64,000 nucleotides of DNA, from positions 6,030 through 70,029 of the forward strand of contig JANMUE010000446.1 in assembly GCA_031391205.1 (NCBI GenBank), given 5' to 3'. Under the pieces are notes generated by a model. The model saw nothing but the letters and a program-made list of their open reading frames with translations, ran no database searches and was not told the DNA's origin. Of the stretch, positions 14,106-23,314 are shown one piece after another. Numbering within the stretch: position 1 is the first letter of the stretch; every line of letters starts with the position of its first letter. The position numbers were made by a program, and so were the translations under genes. This DNA is from Lysobacterales bacterium (GTDB lineage Bacteria; Pseudomonadota; Gammaproteobacteria; Xanthomonadales; Ahniellaceae).

Positions 14106-15602
14106 TCACTCGAAGCCATCCAAAAACATTACTTCCTGGTACTGGTACATCACTTGCACTGCACCGCCATCGACGTAGATACCATCGTATCCAGCTGCGC
14201 CGATGGCAAGGTCAGCGCGGTTGTCGTTGTTGAAATCGCCGACCGCGAGGGCGTTCCCGAATCCATCATCGTCATGCGGTGCGCCAATCTGCAAGGGTGC
14301 GCGCGGCAAGATTGCGGTAATGCTGCCGATATCCAGCTCTTGTTCGATTTCCCCACTGACCACCCATACCGCGCCCGCATAGTCCACCCCATCGACAGTC
14401 GCGTTGGGTGCGGCAATCGCCAGGCTGGCGCCCGCGCAAAAATCAATGATTACGCAATAGCGCGCTAGGCGCCCAGTCGCCAATACGCTCCCAAAGCCAC
14501 CGTCGTCGCTGGGATCGCCGCCCGGCAATGCTGGAGCGGTGAAGCGCTGATCGCGGGTGGCAGTCAATCCGCTCGGCCCGCCATACAGCACATGCACGGC
14601 GCTGTTCGATGTGAATGAATAGGGCGCACCGATCGCGAGATCGTACGAGTCGTCGCTATCGAAATCTCCCGCTGCCAATGCCTGGCCAAATCGCCGCGTG
14701 TTGGCGCAGGTGCCCGCGATGTTCTGAACGCCTGGGCGCCAGATATGCGACTCCGCAGTGGTGATCCCACTCGCACTGCCATTCAGCACCACGACAGCGC
14801 CGGCGGCTGTGGTGCCATCGGGGCAGAGTGCATGCGATATGCCGATTGCGAGATCGTCATCATTGTCGCCATCGAAATCGCCCGCGGCCAGTGCGTCACC
14901 GAACCGATCATCCTGAGTTGGCGGAAACGTCAACCCGTCATTGTTGCGATTGAAGAGCTGCGCCCCACTGGCAACGATGCCGGAACTGCTACCGTAGGTC
15001 ACCATCACCGCACCGGCATTGACCGCTCCGCTGACTGTTTGACCGTCCATACCGATGGCCAGATCCGCAAACCCATCGTTGTCAAAATCGCCGGTCGCGA
15101 GGCTTGCGCCCAGAGACGCATTGGATTGCGGCGAGCCCGGGTATGCGCCGCCAGCACGAATTTCGCTCTGCACCGACCAGGTCCCATTGGTTGCGCGGTT
15201 GATCACGTACACCGCGCCCGCTCCAGAAACGCCGTCGGCGCTCACTGCGATCTCGTCGCGTCCGTCGCCATCGAAATCGCCGGCGACCATCTTGGTGTGA
15301 TGTTCTGGTATCTGGATCGTGGTCGATACGAACTGCGCCCCCGCTGATCCCAGCTCTCTATCCACCCCCAGCATCACGCGCAGTCGCGTGGGCTCACCCG
15401 TCATGCTGGGCGTCTCGGACACCGCCAGATCGTCGACCCCATCGCCATCAAAGTCGCCCGCCACCACACCTCTGCCGAATTCAGAGAAGGCTGCGTTTGC
15501 ATAGGGGTTCTGAATGAGCACATTATCGAGCGGCCCAAGCTGATCGCGAGCAAGTGCCGACGGCGCGACCCATCCCGCGCCGAGCAGGATCGCGCAGTAC
15601 AT
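14106..15602 (-). CDS. Secreted FG-GAP (integrin-alpha-like) repeat protein
   Basis: Track ORF 14106..15758 trimmed to MYCAILLGAGWVAPSALA (signal peptide). It has repeated FG..GDFDGDG / GDFNNDNRADLAIGA calcium-binding FG-GAP units and ends in ...VMFLDGFE. Confidence 0.85.
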   Translation of the reverse strand: MYCAILLGAGWVAPSALARDQLGPLDNVLIQNPYANAAFSEFGRGVVAGDFDGDGVDDLAVSETPSMTGEPTRLRVMLGVDRELGSAGAQFVSTTIQIPEHHTKMVAGDFDGDGRDEIAVSADGVSGAGAVYVINRATNGTWSVQSEIRAGGAYPGSPQSNASLGASLATGDFDNDGFADLAIGMDGQTVSGAVNAGAVMVTYGSSSGIVASGAQLFNRNNDGLTFPPTQDDRFGDALAAGDFDGDNDDDLAIGISHALCPDGTTAAGAVVVLNGSASGITTAESHIWRPGVQNIAGTCANTRRFGQALAAGDFDSDDSYDLAIGAPYSFTSNSAVHVLYGGPSGLTATRDQRFTAPALPGGDPSDDGGFGSVLATGRLARYCVIIDFCAGASLAIAAPNATVDGVDYAGAVWVVSGEIEQELDIGSITAILPRAPLQIGAPHDDDGFGNALAVGDFNNDNRADLAIGAAGYDGIYVDGGAVQVMYQYQEVMFLDGFE

Positions 15603-15782
15603 TGATAGAAAAGGTTGTTGGCGGTGGGTGATAGTTGACACGGCACGGCTCCGGTTTGAGTGGCTGCTTGTCTCGACATCACGAGAATTGCAGCGCGCGG
15701 GGGCCAACCGGCGGCGATGTCGGGATCGGCACCGCGGTCGTGATTTCGTGCCCATCACACGGCATCCGAACCTTTGAGCCGT

Positions 15783-15988
15783 CTAAGAATTCTCTGAACA
15801 AGTCCGGAGCCGCGATAGCCCCCTGAGTCAGGGGGCGAAAAACCGCAGGTTTTGACCGGCTCCGCCGTTGAAAACCGGGGTGTGGCAAGCACTAAGCTGT
15901 GTGGCGAAGACGATGTGGTGACTTATTCAGAGGTTCCCTAAGCTGTAGGGCGAAGTCGAAGTGGTGCCTTATTCAGACGTTCCCTAAG
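15783..15988 (-). repeat. MITE-like repeat, copy 3 (inverted, with internal insertion and duplicated end)
   Basis: Reverse complement of the family consensus. It carries ~25 extra bp (GACCGGCTCCGCCGTTGAAAACCG) and a tandem second copy of the ~45-bp terminal segment (15943-15988). It is flanked by CTAA. Confidence 0.8.
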
Positions 15989-16013
15989 TGCGGCGACTCG
16001 TTGGAAGCGACTA

Positions 16014-16655
16014 TCAGCGGCGAACCATGTAGCGAAGATCCTCGGCAGCCGCGTCGATGAGGTCTGCGATCAGCGCATCTGCCAGCATGCGGTTGACATT
16101 CGGAGAGGGCGGGAAGGGGGTCTTGTTCAGCGTACGCTCGTTGAGCGCGAAAGCGTCTGCGTTAGCGTTCATGGAACTGCAGTAGGCAATGCCATCCAGG
16201 TCTGGGTAGGCTGCGTAAAGGGCCACGGCCCAGCGTTGCGCACGCGGGCGCGGCCCCGAATGGATTGCCGTGGACGCACCCATGCGCGTTGCAAACACGC
16301 CGGTCAGGTCGAGCAGGGTCAGGTCGGCGGCAAGCGTCCACGCCGCCAGGTAGGGTTGGTTCCTGTGAACATCGACGATGCGCGACCTCTGGTAGACCTC
16401 TGCCAAGCAGGTCTGGGCCGTGCGCGCGGCATACAAGACTCCGCGATCCTGTCGATGCGGTGACCCGTGCGCATCTCGCAGATGATGATCAAAGCGCGAC
16501 ATCGTGGGTCCCCAGTAGCGGAACTGATTCCATACCGAAGGATGGCTTCCGCCGGCGAATCCGATGCGCGCCAGTGGCGTACCAGCGCTCAGGGTGAGCG
16601 TAGTGGGCGTCAGCGAACGCAGCCGGTCCGGTCGAGGCAACGGCAACTTTGCCAC
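16014..16655 (-). CDS. RES-domain toxin (RES/Xre type II TA family)
   Basis: 213 aa with RFD...AEVY...YCSS spacing consistent with the R-E-S signature. The start overlaps the stop of the upstream antitoxin-like gene by 1 nt. Confidence 0.8.
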   Translation of the reverse strand: MAKLPLPRPDRLRSLTPTTLTLSAGTPLARIGFAGGSHPSVWNQFRYWGPTMSRFDHHLRDAHGSPHRQDRGVLYAARTAQTCLAEVYQRSRIVDVHRNQPYLAAWTLAADLTLLDLTGVFATRMGASTAIHSGPRPRAQRWAVALYAAYPDLDGIAYCSSMNANADAFALNERTLNKTPFPPSPNVNRMLADALIADLIDAAAEDLRYMVRR

Positions 16656-17254
16656 TACATATCGTCCACGATCGCGAGCACGGCCTCCACATCACCGGTC
16701 TGCAGCAACCAATCGCGGGGCGAGATGCGCGCATTCGCATTGTCTGCGCTGACGGCAAGATCCGCTGTGGGCGTCAGGAACCACATCGCAAAGGCCAGCG
16801 GCGTCACCTGCTCGCCAGTAGCGGCCAGTACCTTGGGAAGTCCGGGCACTTCGACCGTACCCTCGAACTGGAAGCGGGGTACACGCTTTTCGCCGTTGAG
16901 CTCGATCGCGAGCAGCGAGTGATCGCGGATGCGTTGGCGGATGCGGCTGGGATCCAGGCCGAGCTTCTTCGCCAATTCGGCAGGCGTGTCTGCATTGTTG
17001 AAGAGGTCGAGGAATGTCGAGGCGTAACGGACACGCGCCGATTCGGCCCGTTCGCGGGTCTTGGACGTGGTGCGCAGCCCAATGGCAGCAAGTGCTTTCA
17101 GCTCTGCCGCCGGCAGCGCCGGTTCGATGGGATGCATCGAAGGAAGCAGTGAGGTGAATCCTTCACCCAGCAGGACACGTTCGGCAATCCGCAGACGGTC
17201 CTTGCGGGACAATCCGCCCAGAGCCTCTTCGATCGCTTGCACCGCAGCGTTCAT
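16655..17254 (-). CDS. Xre/MbcA/ParS-type antitoxin (DUF2384-like C-terminus)
   Basis: Track ORF 16655..17341, start uncertain (M30 used). It has an HTH-like middle (TPAELAKKLGLDPSRIRQRI) and a C-terminus ISPRDWLLQTGDVEAVLAIVDDM typical of RES-partner antitoxins. Confidence 0.7.
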   Translation of the reverse strand: MNAAVQAIEEALGGLSRKDRLRIAERVLLGEGFTSLLPSMHPIEPALPAAELKALAAIGLRTTSKTRERAESARVRYASTFLDLFNNADTPAELAKKLGLDPSRIRQRIRDHSLLAIELNGEKRVPRFQFEGTVEVPGLPKVLAATGEQVTPLAFAMWFLTPTADLAVSADNANARISPRDWLLQTGDVEAVLAIVDDM

Positions 17255-17500
17255 TCGCGCAATCTCCCGTCGGGAATACACGGGAATCATCCTACAGCAT
17301 GCACCGAAACTCAAGCAGGGGCTGAACCTGAAGGGGTCCAATCAGAATTCGGATCGTAGAGTTACGTTAAGCCTCCGGCTAACCTCGTCACGTCACCGCA
17401 GCGGCACGCAGTGTCAAGGCCTTGGCATTCTCACAAACGGTTCTTGAAAGGCCATTCTCAATTGAGTATCATCACAGCGAGTTTCAGTAAGGATCAACAC

Positions 17501-17731
17501 ATGGGACAGCTCAATCGCATCACACAGCAGCCCGAAGTTATGGGTGGAAAGGCCTGCATCCGTGGCATGAGAATCACCGTTGGCATGGTCGTGGGGCAAG
17601 TCGGCGCGGGATACAGCATCGATGCCATTCTTGCCGACTATCCCTACCTTGAGCGTGAGGACATCATGCAGGCACTGCGCTACGCCGCATGGCGTGCGGA
17701 AGAACGCGAGGTCATGCTGGCCACAGCATGA
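17501..17731 (+). CDS. DUF433-family antitoxin-like protein
   Basis: Trimmed to MGQLNRITQQPEVMGGKACIRGMRITVGMVVGQV...DYPYLEREDIMQALRYA, the canonical DUF433 pattern. Confidence 0.85.
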   Translation: MGQLNRITQQPEVMGGKACIRGMRITVGMVVGQVGAGYSIDAILADYPYLEREDIMQALRYAAWRAEEREVMLATA

Positions 17732-18102
17732 AGTTGCTCGTCGATATGAACCTGTCGCCGCGTTGGATCGGATTGCTGGAAGGCGCCGGCATCGAGGCGG
17801 TGCATTGGTCGTCGGTTGGCGCGAGTAATGCTCCAGACGCACTGATCATGGCCTATGCAAGCGCGAACGGCTCCATCGTGCTCACACACGATCTTGACTT
17901 CGGCACAATCCTCGCCGCAACGCACGGCGAGAAGCCTAGCGTCGTGCAGATCCGCGCTGAGGATGTCAGCCCAGACGTGATCGGCACGCAGGTCATTCGC
18001 GCGCTGCGCCAGATGGCCGCAGACCTAGAGGAAGGCGCGTTGATCACCGTTGATCCCAACCGTACGCGGTTGCGCGTGCTGCCATTGCACCCGAGAGACT
18101 GA
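17728..18102 (+). CDS. DUF5615-family PIN-like toxin partner of DUF433
   Basis: Trimmed to MKLLVDMNLSPRWIGLLEGAGIEAVHW...IVLTHDLDFG. There is a 4-nt ATGA overlap with the DUF433 gene. Confidence 0.8.
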   Translation: MKLLVDMNLSPRWIGLLEGAGIEAVHWSSVGASNAPDALIMAYASANGSIVLTHDLDFGTILAATHGEKPSVVQIRAEDVSPDVIGTQVIRALRQMAADLEEGALITVDPNRTRLRVLPLHPRD

Positions 18103-18108
18103 CACGCC

Positions 18109-18666
18109 ATGTTGATCGGCTATGCGCGGGTGTCGACGCAGGATCAAGACCTTGATCTTCAGATCGACGCGTTGACCAAGGCTGGATGCACGAAGGTCTT
18201 TGACGACAAGCTCAGCGGTAGCCGTGCCGAACGCCCCGGATTGACCCAGGCGCTGACCATGCTGCGAGAAGGAGACACACTGGTCGTCTGGAAACTTGAT
18301 CGACTGGGTCGCAGCGTCAAGAACCTGATCGATCTGGTCGGTGGGCTGCGCCAGCAATCCGTGCAATTCAAGAGCCTCACCGATGCCATCGATACCGGCA
18401 CACAGTCGGGCCGTTTCTTCTTCCAAGTGATGGCCAGTCTGGCTGAGATGGAGCGCGAGTTGACGGCGGAACGCACCCGAGTCGGGTTGGAAGTCGCTCG
18501 GCAACTTGGCCGCAAGGGTGGGCGTAAACGGCAGATGACAGATAGCAAGATCGAGTCGGCGAAACAGCTGCTCGCCAACGGCATACCGCCGCGTGACGTA
18601 GCTGAGAACCTCGGCGTATCTGTGCCCACGTTGTACCGATGGATACCAGCATCAGCGCAGCCTTAA
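18109..18666 (+). CDS. Serine recombinase (resolvase/invertase family)
   Basis: MLIGYARVSTQDQDLDLQ...LVVWKLDRLGRS catalytic domain plus a C-terminal HTH (VAENLGVSVPTLYRW). It starts 6 nt after the DUF5615 stop. Confidence 0.95.
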   Translation: MLIGYARVSTQDQDLDLQIDALTKAGCTKVFDDKLSGSRAERPGLTQALTMLREGDTLVVWKLDRLGRSVKNLIDLVGGLRQQSVQFKSLTDAIDTGTQSGRFFFQVMASLAEMERELTAERTRVGLEVARQLGRKGGRKRQMTDSKIESAKQLLANGIPPRDVAENLGVSVPTLYRWIPASAQP

Positions 18667-18673
18667 CGAAAGT

Positions 18674-18844
18674 TGTGTCTGACGCCGAGAAACCACCCCC
18701 GATCTAAACGCCTGAAATACCTGGATTTGTCTATCCTCTGAGGCGGGTTGTTCCTCGTCATCGCCGCGAACAAACCACCCCGGATTCGCTGAAACGCCAA
18801 CAAATGCCCCCGTTTTGCCTGTGCCGCCAACAAACCGCCACCGG
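18674..18844 (+). repeat. Array of four direct ~20-bp repeats plus TGTCT motifs, between the resolvase and tniQ 3' ends
   Basis: The repeats are CGCCGAGAAACCACCCCCG (18683-18701), CGCCGCGAACAAACCACCCCGG (18762-18783), ACGCCAACAAATGCCCCCG (18794-18812) and GCCGCCAACAAACCGCCACCGG (18823-18844). The last three are phased at exactly 30 bp. TGTGTCTGA lies at 18674-18682 and TGTCTAT at 18728-18734. Confidence 0.7.
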
Positions 18845-18875
18845 CTCAGTGGATCGACTCCGGGGGTAGGCGTGG

Positions 18876-20393
18876 CTACCGTTTGGTGCGCTTTGGAATT
18901 GATGGGCTACTCCGAGGTGGTCGCCGGCCGAGCAAGTTAATTTTCCGACGCTTGGTTCTATTCACAGGCTTTGGCACGGGCAGGGGAATGTCGATGACTC
19001 GACGGATGCGGGCTCCTGGGGTTCGAACCCAGCAGATTCGAATGGCCGTGATGCCGTCTCCATCGCTCGCGAATTCCACAACTGGAACTTGCCAGAGCAA
19101 AGCTGAGCAGGAAGTCTGCTTTTCCAACAATAGCCGCAGGAACGCCTCCAAGCCTTGGGAATAGCCTTGGCAGAGAAGCCGTTCCAAAGCGCGTGCGAGC
19201 CGCCAACGCCCTCTGATCGTGCCGAGTGTGCTCGCTCGGGTTGCTTGAACGGACCGTTGTAGCACTTCAGTCTCGGTACCAAGTTTGGCGATCACTCTGT
19301 CGATCAAGCGACCACATGTCTGGAGTGTCATGGAATCGACCGCCGACAGATTGAGCCAGGTGTCCCGATTTACGGCGAGTCCGTGCGGCGCGATGAAGCA
19401 ATCGGACCGGTTGATGATGTTTTCCGACAATGCCGAATGTTCTTCGAACCCCTTGAGCGTGACCAACTCCACCGGTGTTGGTGAGTCCGCGGGGAATAGA
19501 CCAATCACCTGTTCGGTGACCGCGCTGAGTAAGGAATGCACGTTGGAGGGCAGTGGAAGAAAGGTCAGGGAGCGATCGTTACCTAATGCGCTCCATCCCC
19601 AAAATGCCTCCTTGCTGGGTTCGTCAGACTCCGGTCCTTCAATTTCCTCGATCATCACGTGACCGGCTCTTCGGCATTTCGTATACGGTGTCAGTTCTTG
19701 CGGCAGCCGGGCGAGCTCAGCGAATCCTCTCAGCGACGGCTGGGTAAGGTTCGGAATGATCAAGTGCCGTGTTTGTCGTTGACTAGCTGCCCAATCGAGA
19801 TAGCGACTTAGCCACTGGTTCGATTGCGCGGTTGGAAACGACCACATGTCGACGGATGCGGTATTCACCTGGAACGGATCATTGCCACAGGCGCACCGAC
19901 CCAACCGTCCCTGTTCGTCGAAGCGTCCGTGCATCGGTTGTCCGCAGCGTGCGCAGGCATCAGAAAGAGACTTCCCGTGCCATGGACAGCATTCGATGGA
20001 GGGAAGTTGGAACAGGGTAGTGTGGTAGCCATGCTTGGCGCACTCGGGGCAACTCCGGACGGGTCGTGCAAGTTTCTCGAACGCACCGTCGGTTCTGAGC
20101 GGGCTCCAGGCTTCTTCACTCCAATACGTCGCGACATCCGTTTCCTGCAGTCCGACTGCTGACAGAAACCGAGTGCGCTGTTTGCCTGCAAGCTGGGTGG
20201 CAAAGAGCACATCGAGATCACTTCTGAATCTCAGTCCGAGCAATGAAAATATCTCAGTGCGCTCGGGGCAGGTCAGGCGAGTGATACGCAGCAGGAGACC
20301 GTAGCCTGAGATAAACGGGTACGGTTCGATCTCGGCGCCCAAGAGACACGGCTGATCGAGGCGCGAAGCGACTATCTCCGACCAGGACCTCAT
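18876..20393 (-). CDS. tniQ: TniQ/TnsD-family target-selection protein
   Basis: 505 aa with an N-terminal TniQ region and Cys/His zinc-ribbon motifs (CPECAKHGYH...CCPWHGKSL...CARCGQPMHG...CACG). Confidence 0.8.
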   Translation of the reverse strand: MRSWSEIVASRLDQPCLLGAEIEPYPFISGYGLLLRITRLTCPERTEIFSLLGLRFRSDLDVLFATQLAGKQRTRFLSAVGLQETDVATYWSEEAWSPLRTDGAFEKLARPVRSCPECAKHGYHTTLFQLPSIECCPWHGKSLSDACARCGQPMHGRFDEQGRLGRCACGNDPFQVNTASVDMWSFPTAQSNQWLSRYLDWAASQRQTRHLIIPNLTQPSLRGFAELARLPQELTPYTKCRRAGHVMIEEIEGPESDEPSKEAFWGWSALGNDRSLTFLPLPSNVHSLLSAVTEQVIGLFPADSPTPVELVTLKGFEEHSALSENIINRSDCFIAPHGLAVNRDTWLNLSAVDSMTLQTCGRLIDRVIAKLGTETEVLQRSVQATRASTLGTIRGRWRLARALERLLCQGYSQGLEAFLRLLLEKQTSCSALLWQVPVVEFASDGDGITAIRICWVRTPGARIRRVIDIPLPVPKPVNRTKRRKINLLGRRPPRSSPSIPKRTKR

Positions 20394-21376
20394 GCGGCTG
20401 CGTCCGGCGCCAGCAGCTTGGCGCGAACGAACTCCAGCCTAAGATAGCCGCTAGCCAAAAGTGCTTGCTTGACGTGATGCGATTTAAGTTCACTGAACCC
20501 CTTTTCTTGTGCAGCGACATTGGCGAGCAGATATCTTACGGTGAGCGTGAACGTGGCCATCGGCCATGCTTCGCTTTCAGGCAGCTTGTACTCAGATCGC
20601 AGCGCTTTGACACCATCCAGAATCAGCCCTGCTTGCTGGGAGAGTGTCCATCCGTTGTCGAACGCACCTTGAGCGAAGTAGCGCGTGAAGGACATGTCTG
20701 GCGTAGGCCAAGTCGCATACCGGTCATACCGATCCAAAGCATGCAGAGTATCCGCAGCACTTATCAGCGGCTGAAAGGCGTGTGTCGCCATGAACCACCG
20801 CCGAACCATGTGCGACGGGTACTCGGACCAATCGTCGGTGACGTCGATGCCGGTCGCATCGCTCTGTCGTACAAAGACGAAGAACAGCCGAAGCCTTGCG
20901 TCGGTAATCTGCTCGTCGACGTCGGCAAGGTACTCGTACTCGGCACGACTGATGCGTTGGGCATTGTCGATAAACATCACCATAAGCGTTTGGCGTGCTT
21001 GTCCGCATCGTGTCTTGACGAAATTGACGATTCGATCCTTACCACGCTGAGGACTGAGTCGATCGGCGTTCGTCAGCTTGAGACGGTTGTTCATTGCAGT
21101 GTAAAAGGCGCTGTCGCTGCGCCTTTGACCGCTTGGCATGATCAGACGAGAAGCGACTCCGATGGGCTTATGTTGTGCGTCAATGAGCCACAGCGACACG
21201 TTTTGAGTGAGGTATTCCTGAGCGGATGTTTTACCTAGCCCGCCGCCGCCATAGACAGGAACACCATGATGATCTTCTTCGACGTTGTGCAAGATGAAAT
21301 TTGCCAAACCTTCGATCGGCTTGGTGTAGATATGAAATCCGTTGGGGATAAAGATGGGATGCTGTTGTACAGACAT
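20390..21376 (-). CDS. tnsC: TnsC/TniB-family AAA+ ATPase
   Basis: 328 aa with Walker A GGGGLGKTS. The Walker B region reads LMVMFIDNAQ (Asp-Asn where Asp-Glu is expected). It sits between the DDE transposase and tniQ. Confidence 0.8.
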   Translation of the reverse strand: MSVQQHPIFIPNGFHIYTKPIEGLANFILHNVEEDHHGVPVYGGGGLGKTSAQEYLTQNVSLWLIDAQHKPIGVASRLIMPSGQRRSDSAFYTAMNNRLKLTNADRLSPQRGKDRIVNFVKTRCGQARQTLMVMFIDNAQRISRAEYEYLADVDEQITDARLRLFFVFVRQSDATGIDVTDDWSEYPSHMVRRWFMATHAFQPLISAADTLHALDRYDRYATWPTPDMSFTRYFAQGAFDNGWTLSQQAGLILDGVKALRSEYKLPESEAWPMATFTLTVRYLLANVAAQEKGFSELKSHHVKQALLASGYLRLEFVRAKLLAPDAAA

Positions 21377-21457
21377 CAGCCGACTCCTTTAGAGTATTGC
21401 GGGAACCCGCAATCTGAGCGTGACCGGTCGCAAGAATTCGCAGCGGAGGAGGGTCGA

Positions 21458-23314
21458 TTAGTGATCACGGGTCTCATCCAGACTGACCCAACCGCGGCGC
21501 GGAATTTGAAGCGGCGTGTCCAGTTGCGGCTTCGGCGCTGGTGCCTGAAAATTTGGATGCTGCTGCTGCATCCGGGCGAGCTGATCGACTGCCTGTGATG
21601 TGTAGGACGCGAGTTTTCGGAGATGCTCAATGTAGGCCGAGACAGCACAGTCTGCACCGACAATACTCAGTCCGCCGGGTTGTTTGCACCATTGCATGAT
21701 GAGGGCGCGCGTTGTTTGGTCATGGCGCGTGCGGTCCCACGGCTTGGCCGCGCGCACTACACCGATCGGCGTGGTGACGCTACGGTATAGAACGAACGTC
21801 CTCAGGTCATGGCGATTTATCCGCGCGTAGACGGTCTTGCCTATCAGTTCCCAGTTCGCGTCTAATTCGGGGCAGCGATAGCGAACGTACATATAGTTGA
21901 CATGCGGCATGATGCCGTATTTTCGATTGCCCTTCACCACTAGAGGGACCAGTACGCTTCCCATGTCGATGGCATCCTTTTCACCATCGGGCGACGTAAA
22001 GTCCCACGCGCGGGGCGACTGCATTTGCAGGAACTGAAGGGGGCTGAGATTTCCAATGGCTGGATGCGGAGTGGCGTTGTAGTTTGCAACGATCACGTCC
22101 AATAATTCTTCGAACAAGTGCATCTGAATCGGGAAATCCTCCGGCGCAAAGTTGCTGATGCGGATCTTGTTGTCACCCAATCGCTTCGCCGGTTCGAAGC
22201 CTCCAGGGACTTCCCGCAAAACACCCATTTCCAGCCGTGAGAAGAATTGCTCGATGATCGGCCGAGAACGCGGTTCGTGTGCGAAGCCAAACACAAGGAT
22301 GCCCCCGTGCGCACGGCAAAATCCTTGTTCGAAATCCGCCGAGTGGTGCGCCTTGGCATTATCCATCGCGATGGTGAGTGCACGACGCGCGCCGAGATCG
22401 CCAGGCATGCCGCATGCACCGGGCGCATACTCCAATCCGGGAATGGTGAGGGTGCGTCGCGTCCATGGCTGCAAACTTTTGGCTACGCAGGCGGATGAAT
22501 CAAGATTGTTGTAGCTGAGGCCGATGCGTAGCGTCCACGACACGATTGCGCGCGACTCCGTTTCGATCTCGCACAGCAACCACATAGTGGTAATCGGTCG
22601 CTTGGCGACACCACCGTTCGGCATCGCCACGCCAACGACGGCCTCGATGTCGATTCGATGCGCATCGAACTCGGCGCGAGAGAACGGGCGGCCGCGGAAC
22701 AGGTCGGATAGCACGGTTGGAGCTTCCTTGCCCTCATCCAAATCCCCGAACGGTGCGGTATCAATCCGTCGCTGACGCAGGAACCGCAGCAGCGCACGCC
22801 GACCCTGGTCCGGCTGATTCAGGGGATAGCAGTTCCCAAGGTCCAGGCGGCGGAGCTCAGTCAATATCTTGGAATGCAGACGGACGAAACTCTTCGGGGG
22901 CTTGCCCCTTGGCAACGGTTGACTGTAAGCATCTACCCAGCCGGCAATCTTGGGCTGCGCCGCCAGCATGGCCGTCATTGCATGTGGCCCCCCCTGTGTA
23001 GGCATAGTCGACAGCGTGTCAGCAGAGCTGGTGCGGTGATACGCACCCCAGGGCACGCAAACGCGGAATCCGTAAGGTTGCCCATCTGGTGCGAAACGCG
23101 GCGCACGCTCGATCATCGACTTGAGCCTTTTGCGGCACAGTCCGTTCATGCGTGCCGCCGACGTCAATCCCATCTCGCCCGACAACGCGGCCATCAGTCC
23201 TGCGCAACCGCTTTCGTACCGGGCACGAAAAGAGTCCTTGAGTGACGAGGCGAGAGGCTTCGGCCACGCCTCAAGTTGCTCGACGGAGTACACAGCAATG
23301 CGCTCACGCGCCAC
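21458..23314 (-). CDS. tnsB: TnsB/TniA-family DDE transposase (rve/integrase core)
   Basis: 618 aa with candidate D-D-E residues in FDAHRIDIEA, TIAMDNAKAHHS and PIIEQFFSRLE. Confidence 0.88.
   Translation of the reverse strand: MARERIAVYSVEQLEAWPKPLASSLKDSFRARYESGCAGLMAALSGEMGLTSAARMNGLCRKRLKSMIERAPRFAPDGQPYGFRVCVPWGAYHRTSSADTLSTMPTQGGPHAMTAMLAAQPKIAGWVDAYSQPLPRGKPPKSFVRLHSKILTELRRLDLGNCYPLNQPDQGRRALLRFLRQRRIDTAPFGDLDEGKEAPTVLSDLFRGRPFSRAEFDAHRIDIEAVVGVAMPNGGVAKRPITTMWLLCEIETESRAIVSWTLRIGLSYNNLDSSACVAKSLQPWTRRTLTIPGLEYAPGACGMPGDLGARRALTIAMDNAKAHHSADFEQGFCRAHGGILVFGFAHEPRSRPIIEQFFSRLEMGVLREVPGGFEPAKRLGDNKIRISNFAPEDFPIQMHLFEELLDVIVANYNATPHPAIGNLSPLQFLQMQSPRAWDFTSPDGEKDAIDMGSVLVPLVVKGNRKYGIMPHVNYMYVRYRCPELDANWELIGKTVYARINRHDLRTFVLYRSVTTPIGVVRAAKPWDRTRHDQTTRALIMQWCKQPGGLSIVGADCAVSAYIEHLRKLASYTSQAVDQLARMQQQHPNFQAPAPKPQLDTPLQIPRRGWVSLDETRDH

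Noticed and set aside
18674-18844. Possibility that the 30-bp-phased repeats are a CRISPR array
   Set aside because: There are only four degenerate ~20-bp repeats with ~10-bp, non-unique spacers and no cas genes anywhere in the window. The geometry fits protein-binding sites, not CRISPR.
18861-18870. Third occurrence of CGGGGGTAGG, the core of the repeats flanking the hydrolase operon
   Set aside because: Only a 10-mer match in GC-rich DNA. The flanking bases do not align with the 30-bp repeat, so it is compatible with chance.
19016-19032. tRNA T-arm-like sequence CTGGG-GTTCGAA-CCCAG
   Set aside because: It lies inside the tniQ coding frame, with no acceptor, D or anticodon arms around it. 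A chance match.
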